A stretch of DNA of 64,000 bases, taken from Candidatus Latescibacterota bacterium (GTDB lineage: Bacteria > Latescibacterota > UBA2968 > UBA8231). The stretch is taken from assembly GCA_965243025.1 (NCBI GenBank), contig CBDETY010000003.1, positions 1,824,001 to 1,888,000 on the forward strand. The letters are read 5' to 3'. Positions 49,643 to 61,130 of the stretch are shown one piece after another; the first letter of the stretch is position 1; every line of letters begins with the position of its first letter. Made by a program: the position numbers and the translations under genes. The notes below the pieces were generated by a model, which was given only the letters and a program-made list of their open reading frames with translations, did no database searches and was not told the DNA's origin.

Positions 49643-50578
49643 CTACACTGGCAACTTTTCGAATATACGAAGACCAGCGCTGCGGGCGCGGGGATTGACG
49701 GCTGTTTCGGCGGGCGCCGCCGTTCGTCTCCGGTGCACGGTGCGGAACGACCGCCTGCCCCCGCACCTGCATACCGGTATCCGCGGGGGACAGGTGCAAC
49801 CCTTCAGCCCCGGCGCCAGGGCCGACTTCACGAGTCTGTCCTCCAGGGAATGGTAGGAGATTACCGCGAGTCTGCCTGTGCCTGTCAGCATTTCCATGGC
49901 CGAACCGAGTGCGGATTCCAGCGCTTTCAATTCGTCGTTGACGGCGATGCGCAAGGCCTGAAAAACCCGGGCAAGGGTCTTGTTCGGCATCCGGGGATGC
50001 GTGGATTCGACCGCAGCCCGCAAGTCCCCCGTAGACCTCAGCGCCCCGCAGTTTCTTCGTCTGCAGATTGCCCGGGAGATCCGGCGGGCCGCCCGCTCTT
50101 CGCCGTAGCGCCTGATCATGCCGCACAAGTCCTCCTCCGAGACCCGCGCCAGCAGATCGGCGGCCGGAGTCCCGGCGCCGGGGTCCATGCGCATGTCCAG
50201 AGGGCCGTTCGACCGGTAGCTGAATCCGCGGCCCGGTTCGTCTATCTGATGCGAGGAAACCCCCAGATCGAACAGGATGCCGGAGAGGGCTGTCGCCTCT
50301 GCAGCCCCCTCCAGAAGAACCGGAAGGTCGCGGAAATTGCCGTGACGGATTGTCATCCGGCCGCTGAACTCCCCCGCGATCCGGCGTAACCGCGCTATCG
50401 CCTCGGGGTCGCGGTCTATGGCGATGAGCCGGCCAGCCGGGGAGAGTCGCTTCATGATCGCCCGGCTGTGCCCCCCACCCCCGGCAGTGGCGTCGACATA
50501 CACGCCGGAGGGGTGGTTGACGAGGCCGGTCACGACCTCCGACACCATGACTGGCCGGTGATATTCCTTCTCTTCCAT
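49643..50578 (-). CDS. rsmH: 16S rRNA m4C1402 methyltransferase
   Basis: YHRPVM, DATAGGGGHS, DLGVSSHQID, PLDMRMD, FQALRIAVN, SYHSLEDR, NPRARSA. Confidence 0.97.
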   Translation of the reverse strand: MEEKEYHRPVMVSEVVTGLVNHPSGVYVDATAGGGGHSRAIMKRLSPAGRLIAIDRDPEAIARLRRIAGEFSGRMTIRHGNFRDLPVLLEGAAEATALSGILFDLGVSSHQIDEPGRGFSYRSNGPLDMRMDPGAGTPAADLLARVSEEDLCGMIRRYGEERAARRISRAICRRRNCGALRSTGDLRAAVESTHPRMPNKTLARVFQALRIAVNDELKALESALGSAMEMLTGTGRLAVISYHSLEDRLVKSALAPGLKGCTCPPRIPVCRCGGRRSFRTVHRRRTAAPAETAVNPRARSAGLRIFEKLPV

Positions 50579-50602
50579 CCGGTTGTTTCAGGGTGCGGGA
50601 CC

Positions 50603-51046
50603 TCAAAGCGGCAAGCCCTCCGCGGAATGGGTCAGCTCTGCCTGGGCGGGCGTCAGATAGGAATTCCAGGAACCGGGCTCCCAGAATTCGAGCTTCCTTC
50701 CCGCTCCCGCGATAACCATCCGGTCGGAGATACCTGCCCGATCGAGCAGCTTTTTGGGAAGGGTTGCTCTCCCCTGCCTGTCGAGCCTGACCTCCGCCGC
50801 CTGCGAGAAAACCACGCGGTAGTACTGACGGGCATTCTGATCGGTCTGCGGCAGATCTGCAATTCTCGTGGCGATCTCGCTCCAGGCCTGATGGGGATGA
50901 GCGTTGAGACAGCCATCCAGCCCCCGGGTCACGACCAGGGTGTCCCCATCTTCCGGAAGCAGCTTGCGTCGCAGGTCCGCCGGCAGGAAGACGCGGCCTT
51001 TTTCGTCGACCGGCACGTCGTATTCCCCGAGAAAAAACTGAGCCAT
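50603..51046 (-). CDS. mraZ: Transcriptional regulator MraZ
   Basis: FLGEY...VDEKGRV, LDRQGR, LEFW. Confidence 0.95.
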   Translation of the reverse strand: MAQFFLGEYDVPVDEKGRVFLPADLRRKLLPEDGDTLVVTRGLDGCLNAHPHQAWSEIATRIADLPQTDQNARQYYRVVFSQAAEVRLDRQGRATLPKKLLDRAGISDRMVIAGAGRKLEFWEPGSWNSYLTPAQAELTHSAEGLPL

Positions 51047-51075
51047 CGGCCCTTCCTTCCGCACCCGCCATCTCA

Positions 51076-51114
51076 ATTCCCACTACACACCCTTTCACAC
51101 CACTTTACACCCTT
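51076..51114 (-). promoter_or_regulatory. MraZ-binding direct repeats (10-nt period)
   Basis: Minus strand aagggtgtaa-agtggtgtga-aagggtgtgt-agtgggaat just downstream of the -10. Confidence 0.7.
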
Positions 51115-51120
51115 AAGCTT

Positions 51121-51150
51121 AGTATACGGTTCCCCGGGAAGGGATGTCAA
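51121..51150 (-). promoter_or_regulatory. dcw operon sigma70 promoter
   Basis: TTGACA-18 bp-TATACT on the minus strand. Confidence 0.7.
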
Positions 51151-51253
51151 GGCAATTATCCGGTCTTTCCCCTGACGACGGAGACGGCTTCTGCCCGACC
51201 CTTACGTATGGGTGGTCACTCCGGGATGAGGAGATTGTGGGTCGGTTGCCCGT

Positions 51254-51853
51254 TCAGGCCAGCTCCACGACCTTCCGATTGATGACCCTTCCCCGAGCCA
51301 GGTACTTCTCTTCGTAGTTGGTGGGAACCCCCTCCCACTCCGCGTCCACTCCCCGCAGCCGCGGGAACTCCCCCAGTACTTCGAGCATGACCCCGAAGTA
51401 CTCGTCGTGATCGGTAGCCATCCACAGCCGGCCTCCGGGGATCAGGGTGCGCTCGATCTCGGCGATGAATTCGCTGTTGACCAGGCGGCGTTTGTGGTGG
51501 CGTTTCTTCGGCCAGGGATCGGGAAAGTAGATGTGGCAGGCATTGATGGAGTCGGCGGGAAGGAAGAACTCGACGAACTCCCGTGCATCTGCACGCGCCA
51601 GCCTGACATTGCTCAGCTGGCGCTTCAGGCACCGCTGGTGGGCGATCCGCATGTACTTGCTCGCCCACTCGACGCCGAAGTAGTTCCTGTCTGCGTGGCG
51701 TTGGGCGGCATCGATCAGAAAACGCCCCTTACCGATTCCCAGCTCGATCTCGACCTCGTTTGCATTGCCGAAAAGCTGCTCGAAGTCGAAAACGGGATCG
51801 CCGTCGCTCCGCGCCTCCAGGTCGAGAATCAGGTTTTCGACTTGCCGGGTCAT
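51254..51853 (-). CDS. trmB: tRNA m7G46 methyltransferase
   Basis: EIELGIGKG, FPDPWPKKRHHKRR, ATDH, TNYEEKY. Confidence 0.95.
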   Translation of the reverse strand: MTRQVENLILDLEARSDGDPVFDFEQLFGNANEVEIELGIGKGRFLIDAAQRHADRNYFGVEWASKYMRIAHQRCLKRQLSNVRLARADAREFVEFFLPADSINACHIYFPDPWPKKRHHKRRLVNSEFIAEIERTLIPGGRLWMATDHDEYFGVMLEVLGEFPRLRGVDAEWEGVPTNYEEKYLARGRVINRKVVELA

Positions 51854-51977
51854 CTACGCCACGTCGGACAGGGGGGGTGCTTCCCGTGGCCGTCTCAAAA
51901 CAGCAAGGGCGCTGCTCCGGGCCCCGAGCAGCGCCCGGATGGGAGTTCCCCTTTCCGGCTCTCGGCTGTTCAGCCGC

Positions 51978-53153
<1,176 letters not shown>

Positions 53154-53233
53154 TTCTCGACTCCTGGCAATGATTTCTTCGATGCGTGATGAACCGTGAT
53201 GGTCAGCCGTTGCCGGCGACTCTCGAATATTAT

Positions 53234-54529
53234 CTATGGCGTGTTCCCAACGCGTGCAACCCCACAGCTCCGTCCGGCGCCGGCCGCGGCGACCTGTCCG
53301 GCGGCCAGGGCCTCGGCACGCTCCCCGGCGACGGCGGCCAGGATCAAATCCCCTGCGGACTCGATCTCTTCCCCGGTCGTAAAGCGACCGAGGCCGAAGC
53401 GAACGGTCTCCGCAGCCGCGGTATCGTCGAGGCCGATCGCCGCAAGGACGTGAGAGGGCCCGGCGTTTCCCGATTTGCAGGCCGAACCGGAAGAAAGCGC
53501 GACCTTGTCGCGCAGGGCGTTCATCAACCTCCCGCTGTCGACATCGGCGAAGCGGAGGTTCAGGCATCCCGGGACCCGACGCCGCGGGTGACCGTTGGCG
53601 ATTGCGGTTCCCCCTGCCTCGAGTTTGCGCTGCAACGCATCGCGCAGAGCCCCGAGCCGCGCTGCCTCCGCAGTCATCTCGAGACGGGCGATCTCACAGC
53701 CCTTGCCGAGTCCGACTGCACCCGGGACGTTGATGGTTCCCGAACGCAACCCGCGTTCCTGGCCCCCGCCTTCGAGCTGGGCGGCGAGGCGCAGGCGGGG
53801 GCGCCGGTTCGAGCGCACATAGAGCGCCCCCACTCCTTTCGGAGCATACAGTTTGTGAGCCGAAATCGATAGAAGGTCGACGCCCAGAGCGTCGACATCG
53901 AGGGGAATCTTGCCCGCAGCCTGCGCCGCATCGCAGTGCCATGGAACCCCGGATTCCCGGGCAACCTCGCCGATGGCTGCAAGCGGCTGGATTGTTCCCA
54001 GCTCGTTGTTGGCGGCCATGACGGATATGAGCAGGGTGTCTTCTGAAACTGCGGCGCGCAGCTCCCCGGGATCGAGGGTTCCGTACCTGTCGACGGGCAG
54101 CACGACGATATCGAAGCCGCGCTTTTCCAGCGACCTGCAACAGTCCAGGACCGAAGGGTGTTCGGTCGCACAGGTGACGATCCTGCCCCGGGGGGGCCGA
54201 CCGGCTTCGGCGATCCCTTTAAGCGCGAGGTTGTTTGCCTCTGTTGCACCGCTGGTGAAGACGATTTCCCGGTCTTTGGAACCGATGAGCCCGGCGACCT
54301 GGGCGCGAGCCTCGGCTACGGCATCGGCAGCTTGCCATCCGAACCCGTGGGTCGCGCTCGAGGCGTTGCCGAAACGGGTTTCCAGGAACGGCAGGACTGC
54401 TGCCAGCACCCTCGGGTCGACAGGCGTCGTCGCCAGGTTGTCGAGGTATATCGGTGCGTGTGGTGCAGGAGGATGGGTGGCGGAACTAGATGCTGAAGGA
54501 TTCGCCACAGCCACAGGTAGTCCGGGCAT
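53234..54529 (-). CDS. iscS: Cysteine desulfurase
   Basis: IYLDNLATTP, FTSGATEANN, EHPSV, NNELG, DAAQ, SAHKLYAPKG, RSGT, SSGSAC; start uncertain. Confidence 0.9.
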   Translation of the reverse strand: MPGLPVAVANPSASSSATHPPAPHAPIYLDNLATTPVDPRVLAAVLPFLETRFGNASSATHGFGWQAADAVAEARAQVAGLIGSKDREIVFTSGATEANNLALKGIAEAGRPPRGRIVTCATEHPSVLDCCRSLEKRGFDIVVLPVDRYGTLDPGELRAAVSEDTLLISVMAANNELGTIQPLAAIGEVARESGVPWHCDAAQAAGKIPLDVDALGVDLLSISAHKLYAPKGVGALYVRSNRRPRLRLAAQLEGGGQERGLRSGTINVPGAVGLGKGCEIARLEMTAEAARLGALRDALQRKLEAGGTAIANGHPRRRVPGCLNLRFADVDSGRLMNALRDKVALSSGSACKSGNAGPSHVLAAIGLDDTAAAETVRFGLGRFTTGEEIESAGDLILAAVAGERAEALAAGQVAAAGAGRSCGVARVGNTP

Positions 54530-54809
54530 TGGGATTCTCGATCTGAAACCCGGAACCCATCAACCCGTCGTCGAAGTTCAATACCACGCCGTTCAGGTAG
54601 AGGCTGCTCTTGGGATCGACGAAGACGCGGACACCGTTCGATTCGACCACCTGGTCCATCTCTCCGGGAGCGTCCTCGAATTCGAGATGATACTGGAATC
54701 CCGAGCAACCGCCCCCCCGTACGGCCACCCTCAGACCATGCGTCGGGTTTCCATCCTTCTCGAGGAGGGTTCGGATCTTGTTGGCGGCGAAGTCGGTGAC
54801 GGTAATCAT
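54486..54809 (-). CDS. iscA: A-type Fe-S carrier (IscA/ErpA/HesB)
   Basis: GGGCSGFQY, VDPKS, NPNA..TCGCGESF. Confidence 0.92.
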   Translation of the reverse strand: MITVTDFAANKIRTLLEKDGNPTHGLRVAVRGGGCSGFQYHLEFEDAPGEMDQVVESNGVRVFVDPKSSLYLNGVVLNFDDGLMGSGFQIENPNARTTCGCGESFSI

Positions 54810-54841
54810 CGCTAGCAGGTTCCTCAATTCAGGCCGGGCGG

Positions 54842-55309
54842 TCAGCTTCGATAGATCGCGCAATCGACCAGGTCGGGGACGTCTTCGATGCGCTGGTACA
54901 CTTCGCAGTTCTGACAATCCCGCTCGAACACCTTGATCGAACAACGCAGGCATCCCTTCAGCGCTTCGATTCCGCGCGCGGTTCGCTGCCGCATTTCGGT
55001 GTAGTGGGCGAGCTTGAATTCGATCTCGCGTTGCTGGGCGTCGAGAAGCCGGATCATTTCCGAGGCAAGCTCGCCCCCGGTCCCGGCCTGTCGTCGAAGA
55101 CTGAACATCTTGCCGATGCGATCGAGCTCGAATCCGAGCGCTTTCAGACTCTGAATGATCTCGAGACGGCGCAACTGTTCGGAGGAGTAGAGCCGGAAAC
55201 CCCCACCGGTCCGTTCCTGGGGCTCTATCATTCCGAGCTCTTCGTAATAGCGTACCGTGCGGGTCGATACGCCCGCGCGCTCTGCCAGAGCGCCGATCCG
55301 CATCATCAT
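54842..55309 (-). CDS. MerR-family transcriptional regulator with Cys-rich C-terminus
   Basis: MRIGALAERAGVSTRTVRYYEELG, RTGGGFRLY, LGFELDRI; C-x2-C-x8-C-x2-C-x14-C. Confidence 0.88.
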   Translation of the reverse strand: MMMRIGALAERAGVSTRTVRYYEELGMIEPQERTGGGFRLYSSEQLRRLEIIQSLKALGFELDRIGKMFSLRRQAGTGGELASEMIRLLDAQQREIEFKLAHYTEMRQRTARGIEALKGCLRCSIKVFERDCQNCEVYQRIEDVPDLVDCAIYRS

Positions 55310-55369
55310 GCGGGAAAAACCTTGTCCGGGCCAAACATACCCAGGCTGACGTTTACTTGGACTTTTTGG

Positions 55370-55398
55370 AATGTATCCTCCCCTTTTCCGAGTGTCAA
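55370..55398 (-). promoter_or_regulatory. Sigma70-type promoter for merR-iscA-iscS-moeB
   Basis: TTGACA-17 bp-TACATT on the minus strand. Confidence 0.65.
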
Positions 55399-55565
55399 CG
55401 AGATGGGCCTGACGGTGTTCTTCCGTCTGCACCGTTTGTCCCTTAAGACGGAAAGGGAACTTCCACCGCTGTTTCCGGTCCGTCGATGAAGTCGAAAGCC
55501 GGAAAATTCCGGGTCCGGGCAGTCTCGGAACAAGTGACCGCCCAAGGTGGCAGCAGGAGCCGGCC

Positions 55566-56519
55566 TTACGAAGTCGCCTGGGTGTCGTCCCGGATGAAAC
55601 CCTCGACGCTGAAGTAGCGAAACCCCGTATCGCAGAAGACGGTAACCAGCCGTTTCCCCGGGCCAAGGTCCGCGGCGACCTCGAGGGCGGCGGCCACGTT
55701 TGCGCCCGAGGACGGCCCCACCAGCAATCCCTCCTCCTTGGCCAACCGCCTGGTGCAGGCGAAGGCGGTCTCATCCGTCACCCGGACCACCTCGTCAACG
55801 ACGTCCCGCCGCAGGATCGGCGGCACGAAGCCGGCGCCGATTCCCTGAATGCCGTGCAGGCCAGGCTCACCTCCCGACAGCACCGGCGAGCGCTCCGGCT
55901 CCACGGCGATGACGCGAACTCCCCGAACCTCGCGCTTCAGCACCTCCCCCACCCCGGTGATGGTTCCTCCCGTGCCGACTCCGGCGACGAAGACGTCGAG
56001 CTGGCCCCCGGTCGCATCGAGGATTTCCCGCGCCGTGGTATCGCGATGGATTTGGGGGTTCGCGGCGTTGCGGAACTGCTGCGGCATGAAGGTTCCATCG
56101 GGGTTTGCGGCGACGATTTCCTCCGCCTTGCGAATGGCCCCCGCCATATCTTCGGCACCCGGGGTAAGGAGGATGCGAGCTCCGTACGCAGCCATTACCG
56201 AAACGCGTTCCCAGCTCATGCTGTCCGGCATGGTCAGGATCAGCTCGTATCCCAGGGCCGAGGCGGCCATGGCCAGCGCGATCCCGGTGTTGCCGCTCGT
56301 CGGCTCGACGATAGCCATTCCCTCCTTCAGCACTCCGGCTTCCTCGGCAGCCCGGATCATGCTGAGGCCGATGCGATCCTTGACGCTGCCGCCCGGGTTG
56401 AGCGCTTCCAGCTTACCGATGATATCCGATCCGTTCTCCGGCACGACCCTGGCGAGCCGGATCATCGGCGTGGCCCCGATGGTGTCGAGAATCGACCGGG
56501 GGTTGGGCAGGGCGGTCAA
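55566..56519 (-). CDS. cysK: Cysteine synthase A
   Basis: KLEALNPGGSVKDR, EPTSGNTG, QQFRN..NP, GVGTGGT, HGIQGIGAGF, SSGAN. Confidence 0.95.
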   Translation of the reverse strand: MTALPNPRSILDTIGATPMIRLARVVPENGSDIIGKLEALNPGGSVKDRIGLSMIRAAEEAGVLKEGMAIVEPTSGNTGIALAMAASALGYELILTMPDSMSWERVSVMAAYGARILLTPGAEDMAGAIRKAEEIVAANPDGTFMPQQFRNAANPQIHRDTTAREILDATGGQLDVFVAGVGTGGTITGVGEVLKREVRGVRVIAVEPERSPVLSGGEPGLHGIQGIGAGFVPPILRRDVVDEVVRVTDETAFACTRRLAKEEGLLVGPSSGANVAAALEVAADLGPGKRLVTVFCDTGFRYFSVEGFIRDDTQATS

Positions 56520-56541
56520 CAGGAACTACCGGAAAAAGGAA

Positions 56542-58692
56542 TCACCTTGAGAGGAACTCCGTGCCTTCCCCGCTTTCCTCAGGCGGAGCCTGCTCTCCCC
56601 GAACCGCTTCCCCAAGCCGCGATGCGAGAGCCCGGGGGGTATCGATCGGCGGCGAACAGACCATCTTCTCGCAGACGTACGCCGCCGGCAAACTGTTGCT
56701 GCACTTTCCGGCGAGCAGGGGCACCAGGCCCTCCACTTCCCCGGAAGGCGCATCCCTCCCCGTGCGGGAGGGCCAACCGCACACCACCTTGTTCGGAAGG
56801 AAATGCTCGTGAACCGCAGCGGAGCGCAGGCGGCACCCCATGCCCTCGCCGACAACGGCGATTTCCAGCGGCTTCTGCATGGAGAAATCAAAGGCGCATC
56901 CCATCTGCGCGAACGAAGTGGGGGAACGCTCCAGGAGTCCGGCGAATGAAGCTACCGTGCCAACCCCTTTCTCCCACAGCGATTCACTGCCGGTCAGCGC
57001 CCCGAGGCGCATCATCGCCAGGGCTGCCATCGAATTGCCGGAAGGCGTTGCGTTGTCGAACGGATTCCTGCTGCGGACGATCAGGTCGGTGTCTCCTGCT
57101 TCGGTGAAGAAGAAAGACGACCCCTCCGGGTCCCAGAACCGCTCTACCATCTCCTCCGCCAGCTCGACTGCTTCCCGCAGCCAGCCAGAAACGTAGGACG
57201 CCTCGTAAAGATCGATGAGGCCGTTTATGAAACAGGCGTAGTCGTCCTGGAATCCGCCCCCGCTCGACTTCCCGTCCTTGAAGGAATGCATCAATCTGCC
57301 GTTGTCGGACCGCAGCTCGGACAGAATCAGGGCCGCGGCGGCTTCCCCCGAGTCGAGATGGCGCCGGTGACCCAGAACGGAATACGCCCGCGCCATGGCT
57401 GAAATCATCAGGCCGTTCCAGGAGACGACGACCTTGTCGTCGCGAGCGGGGCGAACGCGCTTCTCCCGCACCCCGAGCAGGCGTTCCCGGCCGAGCGCGA
57501 CTGCCCGCTGCAATTCGTCGGCTTCCACCCCGAGGAATTCAGCCAGGTCGGCCATCTCCGAGCTGACGTGGAGGATGTTCTTCCCCTCGAAGTTGCCCTC
57601 GGGGGTGACGTCGTAGTAGCGGCAGAAAAGCCGCGCCGGTTCCGCGGACAGCTGGCGCTCGACTTCGTCCTTCGTCCACAGGAAGAACAGGCCTTCCTCC
57701 CCCTCGCTGTCGGCGTCCTGGGCGGCGGAGTAGCCTCCTCCCGGCTGGGCCATCTCGCGCAGAACGTAATCCAGGGTCTCCTCCACAACTCTGCGGTAGA
57801 GACCTTTGCGGGTGACCTGGTAGGCTTCGAGATACGTCATCGCCAACAGGGCGTTGTCGTAAAGCATCTTTTCGAAGTGCGGCACCAGCCAGCGTTCGTC
57901 GACGGAATAGCGGTGGAAACCGCCGCCGAGCTGATCGTAGATCCCACCGTGCGCCATTCTGTCCAGGGTGCGTTCCACCATGTGCAGGGCGTGCTCATTC
58001 CCGCTGCGCCGGTAAATCCGCAACAGCTGCGAGAGGCCCATGCTGTGGGGGAATTTGGGGGCGCTGCCGAACCCTCCGAACTCCGCGTCGAAGGTCTGGC
58101 GGTACTGCTCGAAAGCGGCGGTTTGGGCGGAATCGGAAGCGGCGGACCGGGCATTTTCCCCACCCGGACCGGCAAGGTCGCTCTGCCGTTGAAGGACGGC
58201 CAGCAGACGGTCTGCCTGGTGCTCGATCCGGTCCCTGTGATTGCGGTAATGGTCCGCCACGGCGGTCAGCACCCTGGGGAATCCGGGTCGGCCGCGACTG
58301 TCTTCAGGAGGGTAGTAGGTGCCCCCGTAGAATGGCCGCAAGTCAGGAGTGAGGAAGACTGTCATCGGCCAGCCGCCGCTTCCCGTCATTGCCTGAACCG
58401 CGGCCATGTAGATCTCGTCGAGGTCAGGTCTTTCCTCCCGGTCGACCTTGATGTTGATGAACAGGTCGTTCATCAGGGCGGCAATGCGGTCGTCCTCGAA
58501 TGACTCGCGTTCCATCACGTGACACCAGTGGCATGCCGAATAGCCGATTGAAAGCAGGATGGGGCGGTCCAGGGAACGGGAAGACTCCAAAGCCTCTTCT
58601 CCCCAGGGATACCAGTCTACCGGGTTGCCGGCATGCTGGCGCAGGTAAGGACTGGTCTCCAGGGCCAGGCGATTCCTCCGGTCCTCGGGCAT
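56542..58692 (-). CDS. YyaL/SSP411 family thioredoxin + six-hairpin glycosidase-like protein
   Basis: [59 protein letters not shown]. Confidence 0.93.
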   Translation of the reverse strand: MPEDRRNRLALETSPYLRQHAGNPVDWYPWGEEALESSRSLDRPILLSIGYSACHWCHVMERESFEDDRIAALMNDLFINIKVDREERPDLDEIYMAAVQAMTGSGGWPMTVFLTPDLRPFYGGTYYPPEDSRGRPGFPRVLTAVADHYRNHRDRIEHQADRLLAVLQRQSDLAGPGGENARSAASDSAQTAAFEQYRQTFDAEFGGFGSAPKFPHSMGLSQLLRIYRRSGNEHALHMVERTLDRMAHGGIYDQLGGGFHRYSVDERWLVPHFEKMLYDNALLAMTYLEAYQVTRKGLYRRVVEETLDYVLREMAQPGGGYSAAQDADSEGEEGLFFLWTKDEVERQLSAEPARLFCRYYDVTPEGNFEGKNILHVSSEMADLAEFLGVEADELQRAVALGRERLLGVREKRVRPARDDKVVVSWNGLMISAMARAYSVLGHRRHLDSGEAAAALILSELRSDNGRLMHSFKDGKSSGGGFQDDYACFINGLIDLYEASYVSGWLREAVELAEEMVERFWDPEGSSFFFTEAGDTDLIVRSRNPFDNATPSGNSMAALAMMRLGALTGSESLWEKGVGTVASFAGLLERSPTSFAQMGCAFDFSMQKPLEIAVVGEGMGCRLRSAAVHEHFLPNKVVCGWPSRTGRDAPSGEVEGLVPLLAGKCSNSLPAAYVCEKMVCSPPIDTPRALASRLGEAVRGEQAPPEESGEGTEFLSR

Positions 58693-58974
58693 TGTCGTTT
58701 CAGGGGGAATGGAAGGTGTAACCCGCCGGTTGCAGCGGGATTTCTGGAATGTAACCAGGCCGAACCGGGCCGACAATTTACCCGGGTGTTACGCATGATA
58801 CCCGGCAGCGTCGCCTGCCGTTCACAGACCAGATGCCCGGCACCATCCCGGCCGGTTGTCGCTACTTGTTGACCATCAAGGGGTTACAGCTTGTCCGCGG
58901 ACCCTGGCATGGAACGTGCGGCAGGGGGTGCGTCGATTCGTCCCCCAACCCCCAATACCCAAGGGAGGTCAGAC

Positions 58975-59400
58975 ATGTCCGAACTGAGGATGCCGGCGGT
59001 AAACCAGGTCTCGATCGCAGGAAGGCTGGTTCAGGATCCGGAGTACCGGATCACCGACAACGGCAGCGCCCGGCTCAGTGCCCGTATTGCCGTCAACCGA
59101 TCCTATCGCGACCGCGACGGTGAATGGCAGGACGAGGCGTCCTTCTTCAACATCGTCGCCTGGCAGAAGCTGGCCGAATTCGGCGCCGAGCGCCTGCGCA
59201 AGGGGACTCCCGTTTTCCTTACCGGGAGACTTCGCAGCCACTCGTGGCGAGACGAAGAAGAGAACCCGCACTCTATCGTCGAGATCCAGGTGAGAAACCT
59301 CCAGATCCTGGAACGCAGTGCGAACGCCGAGTCCGCGTCGAGCGTGGAGGTCGACCAGGAAGGAGAGGAAGAGCTTGAGCTCGGAGCTGTTGCCGCCTGA
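58975..59400 (+). CDS. ssb: Second single-stranded DNA-binding protein (non-canonical tail)
   Basis: NQVSIAGRLVQDPE, AVNRSY, FFNIVAWQKLAE, KGTPVFLTGRL. Confidence 0.85.
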   Translation: MSELRMPAVNQVSIAGRLVQDPEYRITDNGSARLSARIAVNRSYRDRDGEWQDEASFFNIVAWQKLAEFGAERLRKGTPVFLTGRLRSHSWRDEEENPHSIVEIQVRNLQILERSANAESASSVEVDQEGEEELELGAVAA

Positions 59401-59606
59401 ACCGGGGTCGCGAGCCCGGCCGGCAAACCACGGAGGAGCGTTGCTCCTTTCCTCGTTGAGCCTTGCCCCGATGGTCCGGGTTTGAAGGAGGCGGGGAATG
59501 GCCCCCTGCATACGGTGACGGAGGGAATCCCGGCTTTGGGCTTCCAAGCCCCTGAACGCGGAGGGAAGAGGAGGGGGCTTGGAAGAGCTCCCTCCTCGAC
59601 GACGCC

Positions 59607-60791
59607 TTACGCCGGGATCTCGAACAGCGTGGCTATCCCCATTCCGCCCCCGATACACAGGGCCGCGATTCCACGCCGTGCCCGGCGCCGCACCATCTCG
59701 TGGATCAGGGTGACGGCAATCCGGGCTCCGCTTGCCCCTACGGCGTGCCCCAGGGCGATTGCTCCGCCGTTGACGTTTACCCTGTCCTCGTCCCAGTCCA
59801 GTTCCTTGCCTACGGCCAGGGATTGGGCGGCGAACGCTTCATTCACCTCGAGAAGGTCGATTTGGCGCAGGGTCAAACCGGTTTTCGCCAACAGCTTGCG
59901 AATCGCCGGGGCAGGGCCGATCCCCATGATTCGCGGGTCGACTCCGGCGGTGGCCGTGGCGCTGACGAAGGCGAGGGGATCTTCCCCCTGGCGCCTGGCG
60001 CGCTCATCCGACATCAACAGCAGGGCCGCCGCCCCATCGTTGATTCCAGAGGAGTTTCCTGCGGTTACGGTGCCGTCATCCTTGAAGGCAGGACGGAGTT
60101 GCCCCAGGCGTTCCAGGCTCGTGTCCTTGCGCGGGTGTTCGTCGACGTCGAACACCGTAGGGTCCCCCTTGCGCTGCGGGACCATGACCGGAACGATCTC
60201 CTCGGCGAACAGCCCCGCCGCGTGAGCCCGGTGGTAGTTCTCCTGGCTCCGTATCGCAAAGCCGTCCTGGTCTTGGCGGGATATCCGATACTGATCGGCG
60301 AGGTTCTCCGCCGTAATCCCCATATGGCAGTCGTAAAAGCAATCCCAGAGACCATCCATGATCATCAGGTCGGTCACTTCTCCATGACCGAGGCGCTGTC
60401 CCCAGCGGCCCCCCTGAAGGCCATAGGGCACCCGGCTCATGTTTTCCGCCCCACCCGCGGCCACCACTTCCGCCTCTCCAGTGACGATCGCCTGGGCGGC
60501 CAGCGCAATCGATTTCAATCCCGAGCCGCACAGCTTGTTGACGGTCATCGCCGGCACCCCGTACGGCACCCCCGCACCGACGGCGGCCTGACGGGCGACG
60601 TTCGGTCCCAGTCCACCTTGGTAGATGGTGCCCAGGATGACCTCGTCCAGGTCGGCCGGGTCGGTCTTTCCGCGCGCCAACACGGCCTCGATGACCGTAG
60701 ACCCGAGAGATTGCGCATCGACTTCGCGCAATGCACCTCCGAAGGTCCCGGTGGCGGTGCGTGCGGCGCTGACAACTACAGGGCGTTCCAT
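59607..60791 (-). CDS. atoB: Acetyl-CoA C-acetyltransferase (thiolase)
   Basis: NKLCGSG, TAGNSSGINDGA, NEAFA, GGAIALGH, LCIGGGMG. Confidence 0.92.
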   Translation of the reverse strand: MERPVVVSAARTATGTFGGALREVDAQSLGSTVIEAVLARGKTDPADLDEVILGTIYQGGLGPNVARQAAVGAGVPYGVPAMTVNKLCGSGLKSIALAAQAIVTGEAEVVAAGGAENMSRVPYGLQGGRWGQRLGHGEVTDLMIMDGLWDCFYDCHMGITAENLADQYRISRQDQDGFAIRSQENYHRAHAAGLFAEEIVPVMVPQRKGDPTVFDVDEHPRKDTSLERLGQLRPAFKDDGTVTAGNSSGINDGAAALLLMSDERARRQGEDPLAFVSATATAGVDPRIMGIGPAPAIRKLLAKTGLTLRQIDLLEVNEAFAAQSLAVGKELDWDEDRVNVNGGAIALGHAVGASGARIAVTLIHEMVRRRARRGIAALCIGGGMGIATLFEIPA

Positions 60792-61130
60792 GGTCTGTCT
60801 CTTCCTCTCTCCCAGGATTCGGCGGAGCGATCGCGTTGACCAAGGGAAAATCCGATTCTATCTTTTTTAAAATCAACAATATATGGACTGTTTTCCACCG
60901 AGTGTGAGACCCCTTGGGGAAACGGGTTCCCCTGGAGTGCCACAGGCGTGCGCATCAGTTCGTGGCGACAGCGCAACCGTGGATACCAAATGCCCCCGGA
61001 GCGTTTTCCGGCAAGGGGAAGCCGTTCCAGAAACAGCCGCAGAATTTCAGTTGCAAGGGTGGGCAACAACCTTGGACCTCGCGCCTGATCCACCGGTCCT
61101 GACGTTCGATTTCCCACTTTCACTTCAACA

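Noticed and set aside
58861-58890. IHF-like site (CATCAAGGGGTTA) upstream of ssb2
   Set aside because: A single imperfect match to a short degenerate consensus, which is not supportable alone.
60856-61094. AT-rich patch plus three degenerate DnaA-box-like 9-mers (60891, 60978, 61086) as a possible oriC
   Set aside because: Each has two mismatches to TTATCCACA, the AT patch is short and no dnaA/dnaN is nearby. It is more likely divergent promoter DNA.
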